From contig MU058039.1 in NCBI GenBank assembly GCA_013265495.1, positions 622,591 to 686,590 on the forward strand: a DNA stretch of 64,000 nucleotides, written 5' to 3'. The notes under the pieces were generated by a model that made no database searches, had not been told where the DNA came from, and saw only the letters and a list, made by a program, of their open reading frames with translations. Both the position numbers and the translations under genes were made by a program. The DNA comes from Vicugna vicugna. Taxonomy: Eukaryota. Below are positions 23,355 to 36,220 of the stretch, piece after piece (the stretch's first letter is position 1; every line of letters starts with the position of its first letter).

Positions 23355-24730
23355 CAGGAAATTAAGGTCACAAGTAACAGAAAACCCAATCCAAACTGGC
23401 TTAAGGAAATTGAGAAATTGTTGGCTTAACATAATTGAAGTCAAAGGTAATCTAGTTTTAGATGCAGCTTGATCCAGAGCTCAAATAATGTTATTACCAA
23501 TACAGAGTTTTTCTCCTTGATCTCTCAGTTGGTCCCTCGGAGCTGTTTTTACTCATAACACTTCTGACACCAAATGTGTGGGTGTTTTTCCTCATACCAA
23601 CCAGTTCTTCAACTCTCTGGACACTAACTGGATGTCCTACAATTCAATCTAGTTCTGAAAATAGCTACTTGGAATTGGCGCAGACCCCACAGGTTAAGGG
23701 CTCAGTTCCACAAGACAGCATGCACTTCAGATACAACCAAGTGCAAGTCCTGGGTTGCCACCTGCACCACTGACCAACTGGTTATAAATTGGGGGTTCCA
23801 GTGACTCTCTCCTGAGGCTTGATAATTTGCTAGAAGAGCTCATGGAAATCAGGAAAACACTTGATTTAGATTTATTGGTTTATTATGAAGGATGCAATGT
23901 AGGAATGGCCAAATGGAAGTGATGCATAGAACAAGGTGTGGGAGGACAGGCACCGAGCTTCCACAACCTCTCTGGGCACCACACTCCCGGCACCTCCACC
24001 TCTTCACCAACCTGGACGTGCTCTAAACCCACTGTTTAGGGTTTTATGGAGATCTTAGTTAGTAGGAGTTGTTGATTAAATCATTTGCATTTGGTGATTA
24101 TGTCGACCTCCAGCCCCTCTCCCTTCCTCTAGGTCAGGGGGCAAGGCTGACATTTCCAGCCCTTTAATCATGCCTTGGTCTGCCTAGTGACCAGCCCCCA
24201 TCCTGAAGCTGTCTAGGGGCCTCTCAGTCAGGAGTCACTTTATTAGCATGAACTCAGGTATACTTCCACATAGCACAGGATGTTCTTATCACCCGTGTCA
24301 TTCAGGAAATTCCAGGGGTTTTCAAAGTTCTGTGTCAGCAACCGGGGACAAAGACTAAATATATATTTATCACAGTTCCAGTCCTAAATTGGTTGTTCTC
24401 TGATAGTTACGATTGCATAAACTCTAGCCTCAAATTATGAGGCTCAAGTTCAATGGAAAAAGAGCTTTCTTGATCTTTTTTTTTTTTCGATGTGTGGGGA
24501 ATTTCTTCAAAAGTTCTGAAGTTCACCATGAACCAGTTAGGGTCATGTGCACAAGTATTACCTTCACTATGAGCAGGGGAAGGTGGGACGTCTTGATGGG
24601 CTTGGTCAGGCCTGGGTCACGGCTGGAGCCCCACTGACACCTCATGGCCTGAAAGTGGGGGCCACTCGGGCTCCAAGTGCCAATGAGGGGCTTTGTGGGA
24701 AATGAGACAATGGATGCCAGTGGGGAACAA
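23355..24730 (-). mobile_element. Old ERVL-type LTR split by a MER21-like LTR
   Basis: cacaagtaacagaaaacccaatccaaactggcttaag start; ggcctgggtcac motif after the insert. Confidence 0.5.
23544..24374. mobile_element. MER21-like LTR
   Basis: cagaccccacaggttaagggctcagttccacaagac; caggaaattccaggggtttt; homologous to 50418-51317. Confidence 0.75.
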
Positions 24731-26224
24731 AGAACAGTTACCTACTACTTTACTCTTGTACTTAAAATAACCTTCAAAATCCTTATCGTGGCCTGCAGGG
24801 TGCCTAGGAAGCAGCCCCTGCCAGCCTCACTCACCGCACATCAGCCAGTCTTTTGTTTCTCAAACAAGCCAAGCTCTTCCTACCTCAGAGCCTTTGTATG
24901 TGCTCTTCCTTGTCCTTGAAATGCTTTTCCTGATGGTTTTTCTCCTAGCCTTCTCTTTTTTTATCTCTCAAATTGCAACTTAAATAGCAAGTCTTCTAAG
25001 AGGCCCGTCTGGACCATCTTGAATCTAAACTAGGCCCCCTGTTATTCTCACCTGGCAAACCTTCAGAGCAGTTTTCATAATATTTAATTATACGTTATGT
25101 TTGCCTTCACATGTTTAATGTCTGTCTTCTTCACTGGGCTGTAAGTCCCAGGAGGTCAAGCCCAGGCCTGTTTTTATTTCCTCCCATTGCATCCCCAGTA
25201 CATACTAGTTGTTTTTTTAAAAAAAAAAAACAAAAACCTTGATTAAATGAATGTGGTTGAAGTGGAAAGGTTTACTCATTTAGAATTATGATTAGCCTGT
25301 CATTGAACCAGAGCAGGAAACAATGACTGACCGGAAGTTTTTAAAACCTTGGCAGTGAAATTTCAAAGTGAAAGTTTTACTAGTAGATTAAATGAAATGC
25401 CTGCTTTGTCCATATTTTCATAGGCCTGCTGATATTAATGATGTCCAAGGTGACCTTCCTTTCGGAGTCTTGGGGCCAGTCGAGATGGTACATCTAACAA
25501 TAAAAACTTCACCATGTTAACTAGAGAAGACGTTGAACACACAGTTTTAATTAGCCTGTTAGTCATCTTGCATCTGAGGAGGCCAGGGAGTGGGAAGCTA
25601 AGGTCAGGCATTTTAACACTTGCTTATTCAAATACCTCAAAGTACCTATCTCATACTGCTGACAGTGTCCCCGAACCGAGTCTCTGTGGTCCATCAGACT
25701 CCTGCAGGTGGAAGCCTTTTTCTAGGTGGCTCTGTTCTCTTCTAAAGCCACAGTCAGCCTCTCAGTGCAGAGTGGAGAGGTCACCAAACTGGCTCTGCAG
25801 CCACGGTGGCTGAACCCTCCTCCTGCCAGAGACGGGTGGGGACACTGGGGTTGCATCTCATGCAAGCGTTAGCTTTGGCAGTCATCCGGGAAAGCCAGAC
25901 TGCTACAGAGTCAGATCACCTTTAACTTTCTCTTAGGATGTCAGGTATCAGTTGAATATGAGTTTGCCTGCAGTAACAGACCCAGGATAGCAGTGGCATC
26001 AGTGAGAGCAGAGTTGAAATCTCTGTCCTGAACGTTTGTGAGTGAGCGGCCCGGGGCTGACGAGGCTGCTCCACAGTGCTGGGGACCCAGGGTCATGCCA
26101 TCTTGTCACTCCCCATTTCTGGGACGTTGCCCTCATCTGCATGACTCCCCGCCAACACCATGTGTGCCCTCCAGCCCACAGGAAGGGAGGCTGTGAGAGA
26201 AGACTGCACCTCCCCCTTCTTATT

Positions 26225-26790
26225 AAAGTGGGAGTTCTTTTTGTTTTGAATTCACATACCATAAAATTTACTCCTTTAAAGTGTACAGTTCAGTGGTTTT
26301 TTAATGTATTCATAAGGTTGTGCAGTTATCTAATCTGGTTGCAAAACATTTTCATCACCCTGGAAGGAAACCCTGAGCCCATCCTCTCCCCGTTTCCCAC
26401 TCCTCTCAGCCCCTGGCTACTGCTAATCTACTTTCTGTCCCTGTGGATTAACCCATTCTGAACATTTCACATAAACTGAATAATGCTATGTAATCGCATA
26501 AGTGGCTTCTCCCACTTAGCATGATGTTTTGAAGGTTCACGTTGTGGCATGTGGCAATACTTCACTCCTTTCTGTGGCTGAATAATTGTTCATTGTACAG
26601 TTATACCACATTCTGTTTATCAGTCAGTGGACATTTGGATTGTTTTAACTTTTTGGTTATTATGAATAAATAATGCTGTTATGAATGGTCAAGTGCAAGT
26701 TTTTGCATGAACATATTTGTCAATTTTCTTGAATATATACCTAAGAGTGGAATTGCTGGGTCATGTAGTAACTATAATTTTTTTTGAAGA
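26225..26790 (-). mobile_element. L1MB-like 3' end
   Basis: aattcacataccataaaatttactcctttaaagtgtacagttcagtgg...aacattttcatcaccc...atatacctaagagtggaattgctgggtca. Confidence 0.85.
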
Positions 26791-26794
26791 ACAA

Positions 26795-27230
26795 GGCAGA
26801 GATTCTGAACATTTGTGTACCATGGACTCTTTGACAGCTACTTCTTACAATCATCTTTTTAAATTCATAAAATACATGGGATTACAAAGTAAACCAATTC
26901 TGTTGAAATCTAGTTTTTGAAATATGAATGTAATAAATTGTGATATAGTATGGCAAAACCTAGTAACAGACCTAATAACTTCATAATTTCAAAGTATGAA
27001 AGGGCATCATACAATTTTGAGATGTTTCTAAGAATTGTAGTGTGATTTTTTTTAAAAGACTGATTTGTATTGTTGGGGACAGATTCATAGGTTTTGTGAA
27101 AACAACTATGGTTTGCCTGGGTTCATAATTGAAGGAAATGCTGAATTTCAGCTAGAAGCTAGTGAAAATATAAAGGTAATTTCCCCCCTCTAAGTTCAGG
27201 AGTTCCTGAAGTCTATCACGTTTCAAATGG
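26795..27230. mobile_element. hAT-Charlie-like DNA transposon remnant
   Basis: tgtaccatggactctttgacag...cataaaatacatgggattacaaag...ataattgaaggaaatgctgaatttcag. Confidence 0.55.
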
Positions 27231-28059
27231 GTGACCCAGAAGTGGAGTATACCTCCTCCACTCCTATCCTGTGGGTCTGAATTTAGTCACATGACCACAC
27301 CTAGCTGCAAGGGAGGCAGGGAAATGTAGTTTTTGTTTACGTCAGCCATGTATCCGGCTAAGATGTAAGAGATCAATTATTAAAGGAAAAAGAGAGAACA
27401 TGTATCGGGGGACAAGAAGAAGTCAGTATTACACTATACCCCCATACAGCCAGCTTCTCCCCCAGGTTCAGAACACATGTCCTTCTGACAAGCACCTGCC
27501 ACGGAAGTTAGTTTGCCTTAACAGGCCATGTCTTATGAAAAGTGTGTCTTGAAACACTAGAATGCTGCTGGGAATGGTGAGCCGCTCCACGGTGAAGAGC
27601 TGAGCTTGCCTGAGGGGATGGCATATGCTCGGCTCCCCTCTCACACTCACAGCAGAGCAAATGTGCATGAAGTGGAACACTGGACGTCTGTTCCACCTTA
27701 ATTATTTGTCCTTTTGGTGTGGGGGGCACAGAGGGACCATGTGAATTTTTGAGTATGTGTGAGGTAAACATTTGATGTGACCTCCTCGTACCTTTTCACC
27801 ATGCCGTAGATGTGTGGTTGGCTTCGCCAATGGCTAGGTGTCGATGTTATGCTGAAATGCTTGATTTTAAGTGTCAGAACTCAGATCACCCAGGGCAGAG
27901 GAGGGACTGATTTGTTGGCTCCTCATCCAAGAAGATCAGTAACAAAGAGAGCGGAAAACTTAGGCATCAGGGGTAGAACATCACAGGACACATATGCCCC
28001 ATTGGCAAGGCGACCTCCCCATTGTCTTGGTTGTAGGGGTGAAGAGCAGCAATGCTGAT

Positions 28060-28290
28060 CAAAATGGGAACAGCTAGACTTTATTGAGCACTTCCTTGGC
28101 GCCTGGCAGTGTCACGGGTGAACTGGTTTTACAATAGCCATGAGCCAGATCCTGCTGTGTCCCCCTTTTCCTGATGCACAGGGGTTAATTGACCTGCCCA
28201 AGATCATATAGCCTTTTATTCGTGGCAGAGATGGGATCTGAACACAGAGGGGCCCGTTCTGGCCTGTGGTCTTGATTAACCCCACTGTCA
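28060..28290 (-). mobile_element. MIR SINE
   Basis: tttattgagcactt...ggttaattgacctgcccaagatcata...gggatctgaac. Confidence 0.75.
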
Positions 28291-28629
28291 TGAAAGGTGG
28301 GAGGTGAAAGGCAGGAGAAGAAGACTTTAAAATCCCGACAGAGGACTGTGTATTTACTTTCATGCTTTTGTTTCCCCAGTATTTATCTCTAGTGCTGACT
28401 TTTGCATTTCCACAGTGGTGCCATCCCAGAACCCCCTCCCTCTGTTCTAGCACCGAGTGGTGCACTCCCCCTCCTGCAGCTCCGCCGTCCAGATGCTCTA
28501 GGGATGCTGCCCATCTCTTTGTCTCCCTCGATCTCGGTCAGCTTTTCACCCTGGTTTTGGTTTTAAGAGCTGATGTTTTGCTGTCCTAGTTTTAAATATG
28601 AATTTTTAAAAAGTGGTTGATTTGTTACT

Positions 28630-28945
28630 CAGCTAGTATTTCCGGGGATCAGACCTGGGCCACCAGACACAGGTACTTCATCAAGCAAGCCCTTGCCCTC
28701 GTGAAATTGATAGTCTGGAGGGGAGGTGGATGACTAAGGTGCTCAGCAAGTAACTTCACCAGCACTGATTGCCACTGTGACAAATGCCATAAAGGAAAAA
28801 CACAGGGAGCTGAAACACATGGGAATATGTGGAGCACAGGTCCTGCCCTGGGGGTCGGGTAGGGGTGGTGAGGATGGGGAGGGCTTCCTGAGGAGGCACA
28901 TGTCTGCCTGCGCCAAGGCCTGAAGCTAAAGGGTGGTGAGGGCAG
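28630..28945 (-). mobile_element. L2 fragment
   Basis: cccttgccctcgtgaaattgatagtctg; gagggcttcctgaggagg. Confidence 0.65.
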
Positions 28946-29369
28946 CATTCGGGCAGAGGGGAAGCAGACCCCCTCCAGGGCGAGCTGGAAAGCCCCGGAT
29001 ACCAGTCATAACCCCACTCCCACTGGACCCCGAGGAGACTGCCTCCAAATGAGGCTTCCCCACCTACGAGCAAGTCCTGCGATCTGTCCAGTTTCCTCAT
29101 GTGTAATGGCAGTGACCTTGGTCATGGTGCCCATTTCATTGGTGACTGTGAGGATTAAATGAGTCGCTATGTGTAACAAGTTTAGAACAGCTCCTGGCCT
29201 GTAGCAGGGGCTCTATTGGATTAAAACTTGTATGTTGTGGGACTTGAAACAGTGAATAGAAAATCAAAGAACCCAGCCTATGTCCAGAATCCAAGCTAGG
29301 AAAGAGCTGGATGGAAGCTGCCCGGCGTGGGGACTTGTTGTGGGAGTTAGGGCTGCAACCACTGGATGC

Positions 29370-29555
29370 CACTCACAGGCGGCATTCAGAAATGTGCTAG
29401 GTGGTTTTGGTCTCACAGTAAAGGGGCGGGGGCACCACAGGCATTTAGGACCTGGGGGCCAAGGATGCTAAATTTCCTACAATGCAGAGGATCTGTCTAG
29501 TAACAAAGGATTGTTCCACCCAGAGTGCCAGCGGCAGGCCCCTGGGGAGAGCTCT
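29370..29555. mobile_element. MER20-like hAT-Charlie element
   Basis: ggcatttagg...gccaaggatgctaaatttcctacaatgcagagga...acaaaggattgttccacccagagtgcca. Confidence 0.7.
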
Positions 29556-29909
29556 CCCAAATGTCTCCTTGATTCTCCCCTGCGCTCTGCTTCCTGTTGG
29601 GCTCTCCCTGCAGCTCCCCACCTATGGAAAGAAGCTACTCCTGCTGCTACAGGCTGCCCCAAATGCCCTGACCACCAATTCCACCTCCTGAAGTGTTTTT
29701 AAGCTGCCCCTGCCCTGTGGCACTTGGAAGCACTAAATGCCCATCTGACAGAAAGTGTGAAATCAAATAAGTGGTCCTGGTTTATCAGTCAGGATTCTTG
29801 GGTTGCAGGCATCAGAAACCAGCTTGGGCCACCTGCAGTAAAAGTGAAACTGGGGTCAAGCAGCTCTGGGGCACCTCGAGGTGGGTGTTCAAGGCCATCG
29901 TGGGGGTAG

Positions 29910-30170
29910 AGGAGCAGTGGAGGGTAGCAGTGAAGAGTTCTGGCCCTGGAGCTGGCCTCCTGGGCATGAGTCCCAGCCTCGCCACTTACTCACAAGTTCC
30001 CCAACTTCTCTGTACCTCAGTTTGTGAGCTATAAGACAGGGATAAGAAGAGAAGATATAATTAGTTGACACTTGAGACAGGTTTAGAATAGTGCCTAGTG
30101 CAGAGTATGTGACTAGATAAATATTAGCTGCTGCTGCTTCTATTTTATTGCTGTTGTTACCATTATCATT
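29910..30170 (+). mobile_element. MIR SINE
   Basis: gcagtggagggtagcagtgaagag...gccacttact...ctctgtacctcagttt...aaatattagctgct. Confidence 0.8.
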
Positions 30171-31049
30171 TTTATTGAAGTCCAAATTCCTGAGCCAGGG
30201 CAGCTGATTGGCTTGTATCTTGTGGGTGTGTGGGGCCCCCTGATTGGCAGCCCCCTCCTCCCCAAGCTAGGAGGAACTGGGCAGGAATCGTCCTAGGAAA
30301 AGTGGGCTGCTGTCACCCAAAGATGCGGCAGAGATACCAGGCAGGCCCAGACCCCAGATGTCCTCCTTGCTCAGTAATTTGACCCAATAAATATTGGTTA
30401 TTTTGTACACTGGCCTGTACTAAGCGCAGAGGACACAAAAGGGGCAATGATTTGCAAGATCTTTTCTTGGCTGTACTCAGAATTCAGAGAGAAAAGACTG
30501 GAAAATGAGGGTCCTGGTAAACACAATGCCTGGCTCTTAGGAGGTCAGTATATATTTGTTGAATGAATAAACACACAGGGAGATGTAAGAGGTTTATGGG
30601 AACACACAACCAATGCATCCGCCCTCTGGTCCCACCAGTTATTTCAGAAGCCCGTGTTTGCACCTGCAGCCTCCAGGGCACGGTGCAGAGGGGTGTCTAC
30701 CTGCATGTCCTTGCACACACTAAGCACTTAATAAATGGACACTGAGTGTTCTCATGGATACATGGCCCTGCAATCCACCCAGTGTGATGGTCGGGGACAG
30801 ACCCTGGGTTGGGACGCTGGCTGCCTTCTCTGCTGAACAGGATGTGCAGACGTGGCTCCAGGATGCATCTCTGGAATGTGGTTGCTAATACAAATCAGCT
30901 TCCTCACGTCACAAGCATCCATTATGTGGACAGTTGGATGACTCGCTGTGGGACTGGGCGGGCTCCCCAGGGGGAATTTTATAGCCGCAGTTATGTTTCA
31001 GGCTTCCCTTCGGAGAAGGGCTTTTCCCCATGAATGACTCTTAATAAGA

Positions 31050-31250
31050 CAGATAATAATATCCAGCACTTTCCAGGTGCTTGACACTGTGCAAAATCCT
31101 CACAATAGCCAGTGAAACCAGGGTGCTGAGGCTCAGAAAGGGAAAATAACTTGCCTGTTGGGTTTACAGCGAGTGAGGAAGAGAGCTGGGATTCCAGCCA
31201 CGGTCTCTTACTCCAGAGCCTGGGCTCTTAACCCTGCACATACACAGCCT
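31050..31250 (-). mobile_element. MIR SINE
   Basis: ctgaggctcagaaagggaaaataacttgcc...ctccagagcctgggctcttaacc. Confidence 0.8.
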
Positions 31251-31436
31251 CCTTTTTCTCTCAAGTGCTAACTTTAAAATAATATTTTGTTAATTTACAC
31301 ATGGTACATTATTTTTTTTTTAAATGAACTTCCTTCCCAACTCTAAACCCTTCATAGAAGCAGCCCTGTGACCTGTCTCCTTTCAGAAATTCTGTGTGTG
31401 TGCAGCCAGCATAAACGCAGTGGCCGTGCTCTACAC

Positions 31437-31590
31437 CAGGGTGGCGGACTGCAGCCCATGAGCTGCCCTTTTTTCTGTATGGCCCAGGAGCCAAGAATGG
31501 TTTTCATGATTTTTAATGATTAAAAAAAAATGGAAAGACTATTTTGTGACACATAAAGTTAGATGAACTTTGGGTTTCAGTGTCCCAGAG
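31437..31590. mobile_element. MER58B-like hAT-Charlie element (5' part)
   Basis: tgtatggcccaggagccaagaatggttttca...tgtgacacataaag...tttcagtgtcc. Confidence 0.75.
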
Positions 31591-32979
31591 TAGAGTTGTG
31601 CTGCTTCCTGCACCATGTTTTCTTTCGCCAGGATGTCTTAGAGCCCTTTCCTCGCTCAGTGACCGTGTTCGCGTCCCCCTCACCCAATAATTTATTTCAT
31701 GGGAACAGGCAGCACCCGGCTGCCCGCGGTGGGCCACGCCCAGGTGTGTGGCTGGAGAGGGGTGGGGTGGTGCGTCCACTCACACTCACTCTAAGCATTT
31801 CTCGGGCACCAGCTGCATGGCAGGCCCCTGGCTGGCAGCCAGAGCAGGTCCAGGCCTGTCCTCGGGAATCCACAGGCCAGCTGGGGAGTCGGGCGTTATC
31901 AGACAGTCCCACGGAGGGATGTGTTCAGGTCTGTGCTCACTGGCCTTCTCTGACACTCTACCCATCACCCCAGCTTTGTTTTTATTTGTGACACTTTTTA
32001 AAAAGTAGGTCATACATCTGTATGCTTCAAAAGTCTACTCTGTGTGCATGCCTGTGTGTGAGTGTAGGCATCCACACCCAGAGCTCTCCTTCTCTGCCTG
32101 CCTTGTCCCTCCATCCCTTCAGTAATCATTTGTATTGATCTCTTTCTATCCTTCTAAGGTTTCTTTATGCAGGTGTGAATATTTATTTTTATCTTTCCCT
32201 CCTTTCTTATACAAATGCAGCCTGCTCCACACCCTGTCCTGCATTTTTCTTTTTTTTTTCTTTTTTCCTTTTTTTTACTTACCAGCACACCCTGGAGATC
32301 TCTCTTTATCCAACCCAGTGGCTGCACCCTGAAAGATGGGTAGGAGTTAATTAAGGGTGAGGGAAAGATGTGTATCAGGGCACGGGGAGCATGAAGAAGA
32401 GCATTCTTGGCCAAGTGAACAGCATGTGTTGAGATCCTGGGGAGCGTGGCTTTCTCCAGAGCAGAGAGGAGGCCTGTGCAGCTGAAGCAAGGGAGGAGGG
32501 GCCTGCTCTGGCTGCAGGGGCCTGATAGTCAGGGCCAGGATCATGGCCTTGACTCCAGGAGCACCTGGGAGTAGGGTTCTGCTCTGTTTCCTTCTATGCC
32601 CTGCTTTTCTCTGTGGCCAAGTACACGTGGCCTTTATCACATGTGGCCAAGGAGAGGCCAAGAATGTCCTTGAGAATAGGTTATTGAATGTGGTTAATAA
32701 TGAAAGAAAATGTCTCCTGAGAGCTGTTCCCACGAGGTGTGACCTGGTGTCTGGGAGACACCTTTACAGACCTGTACCTCTGGCCTCTGTGGTCCTTACC
32801 CATCATGTGACACAGGTCGGGTCCCGTCACCAGTACAGTCCCGGTACCAAGCACAGGGGGCGTTTGGAGGGTAACACACCATGCTTGGTTCCACGGTTGC
32901 CACATAAGTGCTCAATCCGTGGTAGTCATGGCTTTGATTATTTTTACAGGGCTGCCTCTCAGGCTCAGACTCTATTAGT

Positions 32980-33225
32980 GTAGCTCACAGTGAAGACATT
33001 TGATGAGGAACCTGGGTTCTAATATCCCCTCTGCCACTTACTGTCTACATTGGGCAAGTTACTTCGCCTCTTTGTACTTGACTTTGGTCATCTGTAAGTG
33101 GAGATGATAATACCTGCCTTTCGGTTCTGTGCTAAGGATGAAATGAGTTACTATTGGTATTGCACTTAAAATGCTGCACAGCAAGTAGTGACATCAGGGG
33201 ATGCCAGCTATTACTATTACGTACT
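32980..33225 (+). mobile_element. MIR SINE
   Basis: ctctgccacttact...ttgggcaagttactt...catctgtaagtggagatgataatacct. Confidence 0.8.
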
Positions 33226-34029
33226 GTATACCTTCTGCTTTCCATCCAGAGGTCTGTACGGTAGGCTCAGGGGAACTTGATGTCAGGGGTGGCAGTGCCA
33301 CCACCATTTCAGGAGAGCAGTGCCCTTCATTTGTAGTCACATCTCACCTTTTCCAAAGAACATCTTCCTACAGATACCTGGGGGAAAAGATTACCTGTTT
33401 AGTCAGGAATGATAATTCCACCAGACTTCCCTTTAAGTCACTGTCTGTGTGAAGTCACATGACCACTCCTAACTGCAAGGAAGGCTGGGAAATAGTTTCC
33501 TAATTATCTCTCCCAGTAGAATACAAATAGCACAATCCCTTAGACATGCTCAGTAAATATTCACAAGCACATGAGTTCATTTACCAAGCTAGTTATCTTG
33601 AGGCATCCCAGCAGTTTACACATGTCCATGTTGTGGCCAATTTGCAGAAAGTGACCCATGGAATGTGGCTAAACAGCTGGCCCCCAAAGTAAAGTGCTTG
33701 AAGGAAGGTTGTGAGGGACACAGTTCTAAAGCCTCTTGAGTTATATCTATCTAATCAGGGAAATAATTATACCTCCTAGATCAAAGTCGAGGGGCAGGCT
33801 CTGGGAACTGGGCCCAGAACAGCCAGAGAAAGCCTGCCGAACTGGTTTCTTGGGGCAGGTCTGTTTACCTGCTTGTCTGATGCCTAGTGGACAATCCCAT
33901 TGGCTCCCAGAGGCCTTCCAGGTCATCTCTCCCTAAAGCTAGGCCTCTCTTTGCAGATGACTGAGCCCCCTGGGGCCAGGGAGTGCCTACTGTGTGTCTG
34001 GTGCTGTCCGAGGTGCTGAAGATAAAATA

Positions 34030-34150
34030 ATAGGTAGCATTTATTGGGTGCCCACATAGGCCAGACATTGCAGGTGCTTGGGTTAACTCATTTAATTTTC
34101 TCAGGAACCCCATGAGGTAGGTCTTGTGTTAAGCCCATTACAGAAGTGTA
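34030..34150 (-). mobile_element. MIR fragment
   Basis: tagcatttattgggtgcc...taactcatttaattttctcaggaaccccatgaggtagg. Confidence 0.8.
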
Positions 34151-34164
34151 AAAAATAAAGTTTG

Positions 34165-34250
34165 TGTTTTTTCAAATTGAGATATAGTTGACATAACATT
34201 AGTTTCAGGTGTACAGTATAATGTTTTGATATTTGTATGTATTGCAGAAA
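34165..34250 (-). mobile_element. Short L1 3' end
   Basis: ttcaaattgagatatagttgacataacattagtttcaggtgtacagtataatg. Confidence 0.75.
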
Positions 34251-34359
34251 ATCCTAAATAAAATCTTAATTTAAAACCCTTATTTTATATAATACCAAAT
34301 ATTTTTAAATTATGAATATTTATTATTGTAGAATAACAAGCTTATTTTGTTAGACTGAG

Positions 34360-34818
34360 TTTTTTTCTTCTTTTAATTGAAATATAGTTGATTTACAATG
34401 TATTAGTTTCAGGTGTACAGCAGAGTGATTCAGTTATACATATACATTTTTTTTTCAGATTCTTTTCCATTATAGGTTACTACAAGGTTATGGTTCCATA
34501 TGCTATATTGTAGGTCCTTGTTGTTTATCTATTTTATATATAGTAGTTTGTCTATGTTAATCCCACACTCCTAGTTTATCCCTCCCCCAACCCCTTTGCT
34601 CTTTGGTAACCATAGTTTGTTTTCTATGTCTGTGAGTCTATTTCTGGTCTGTAAATAAATTCATTTGTATCATTTTTTATATTACACATATAAATGATAT
34701 CATGATATTTGTCTTTCTCTGTCTGACTTATTTCACTTAATATGATAATCTCCAGGTCCATTCATGTTACTGCAAATGGCATTATTTCATTCTTTTTTAT
34801 GGCCAAGTAATATTCCAT

Positions 34819-34851
<33 letters not shown>

Positions 34852-34892
34852 ATAGATAGGTAGATAGATCACGTCTTCTTTATTTATTCATC
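34360..34892 (-). mobile_element. Cetartiodactyl-type L1 3' end (~530 bp) with TSD
   Basis: ttaattgaaatatagttgatttacaatg...cagagtgattcagttataca...cagattcttttccattatagg; TSD ttagactga(g/t)ttttt starting at 34350 and 34893; internal (TG)n. Confidence 0.9.
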
Positions 34893-34904
34893 TTAGACTG
34901 ATTT

Positions 34905-35770
34905 TTTTTTAAAAAAAGACTTTACCTTTTACAGTGGTTTTAGATTTATAGCAAAATTAAGGGGAAGGTACAGAGATTTCCTATGAACCCCTACTTCACT
35001 CATGCAGAGCCTCCTCTGTTATCACCATCCCCCACCAGAGTGGTACATTTCTTATGATTGATGAACCTACATTGAAGTGTTGTTATCACCTAAAGTTCAT
35101 AGTTTACATTAGGGTTCATGCTTGGTTTTATCCTGGGTCTTTTGCCTCTCTATTTAAACTTTAGAATCAGTTTGTCAATACCTACAAAATAATTTCCTGA
35201 GACTGTGTAGAATCTATAGATCAAGTTGGGAAGAACTGATATCCTGAACACATTGAAGTGTACTATTTATGAACATGAACGATCTCCATTTATTTAGCTC
35301 TTTGATATCTTTCATCAGAATTTTGTAGTTTTCCTCATATAGCTCTTGTACATATTTTGTTAGATCTTTACCTTGCCTAAGTATTTCACTTTGTTGGGGG
35401 GTGCTAATGTAAGTGAAAACTGTGTTTTTAATTTCAGATGCTGGTATAGAGAAAAGCGATTGACTTTTATATATTAACCTTGTGTCCTCCAACCTTGCTA
35501 TAATCACTTAGTTCCAGGAGGGTTTTTTTTTTTTTACCTGCCTCAGTTCTTTAGGATTTTTGACATAAATGAACATGTCATCTTCAAAAAAAGGGGGCAA
35601 TTTTATTTCTTCCTTCCCAATCTGTATTTCTTTAATTTCGTCTTACTGCATTAGCTAGGACTTCCAGTACAAGGTTGAAAAGCAGTGGTGAGAGGAAATA
35701 GCCTTACCTTGCTTCTGATCTTAATGGAAAAACTGAGTTTCTCACTATTAAGTATGGTGTTATAGAATTG
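34905..35770 (-). mobile_element. L1MC1-like element: 3' end joined to an ORF2 fragment
   Basis: ggtacagagatttcc...cccccaccagagtggtacattt...gatgaacctacattg; ORF 35214-35507 DLTKYVQELYEENYKILMKDIKELNKWR matches L1 ORF2. Confidence 0.85.
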
Positions 35771-35969
35771 ACTTTTCTCTCATTAGTTCCTCTAAGCCAA
35801 ACCTTTGGAGGGTAGGATCCTTGCATCTACTTCCCTTTGCCGAATCCTGACCATCTAATCAGTTTTAAACACATGTCAATGAATGAGTGAATAAATGACT
35901 CATGTAGCACAATGAACAGCTAAACAGAACTTACTTGCAGTATCTTCTGAGCAGATGTCAAATCAGTTA

Positions 35970-36220
35970 GAGAGGCAGTGGAGGGAAGCGGTTGACAACA
36001 GAGTCTGGAGTGCCGGACTGGTGTTCTCAAGTCTGGCTCTGCTGCTTATTTGCTGGGTGACCTTGAACAAGGAACTGCACCTCTCAGGACCTCAGCTTTC
36101 TCTTTTGTGAAGTGGAGATAATGATAGAACCTCCCCTATGAGGTGGTTATGAGGATTAGATAAATTGGAATTTTAAAGTGGCACACAGGCACATGTGTGA
36201 GAGTTATCTACTGCTGTTAG
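35970..36220 (+). mobile_element. MIR SINE
   Basis: gctgggtgaccttgaacaagg...cctcagctttctc...atgaggattagataa. Confidence 0.8.

Larger units (their letters stand above)
23210..25255 (+). mobile_element. L2 3' region split by nested LTRs (L2 parts ~23210-23350 and ~24740-25255)
   Basis: agcctcctaattggctc...; tacctcagagcctttgtatgtgct; ctgtaagtcccaggag; ttaaatgaatg tail. Confidence 0.65.
25940..27430 (-). mobile_element. MLT1-like LTR split by L1 and DNA-transposon insertions
   Basis: First part 25940-26220; second part 27240-27430 tagtcacatgaccacacctagctgcaagggaggcagggaaatgtagt. Confidence 0.6.
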
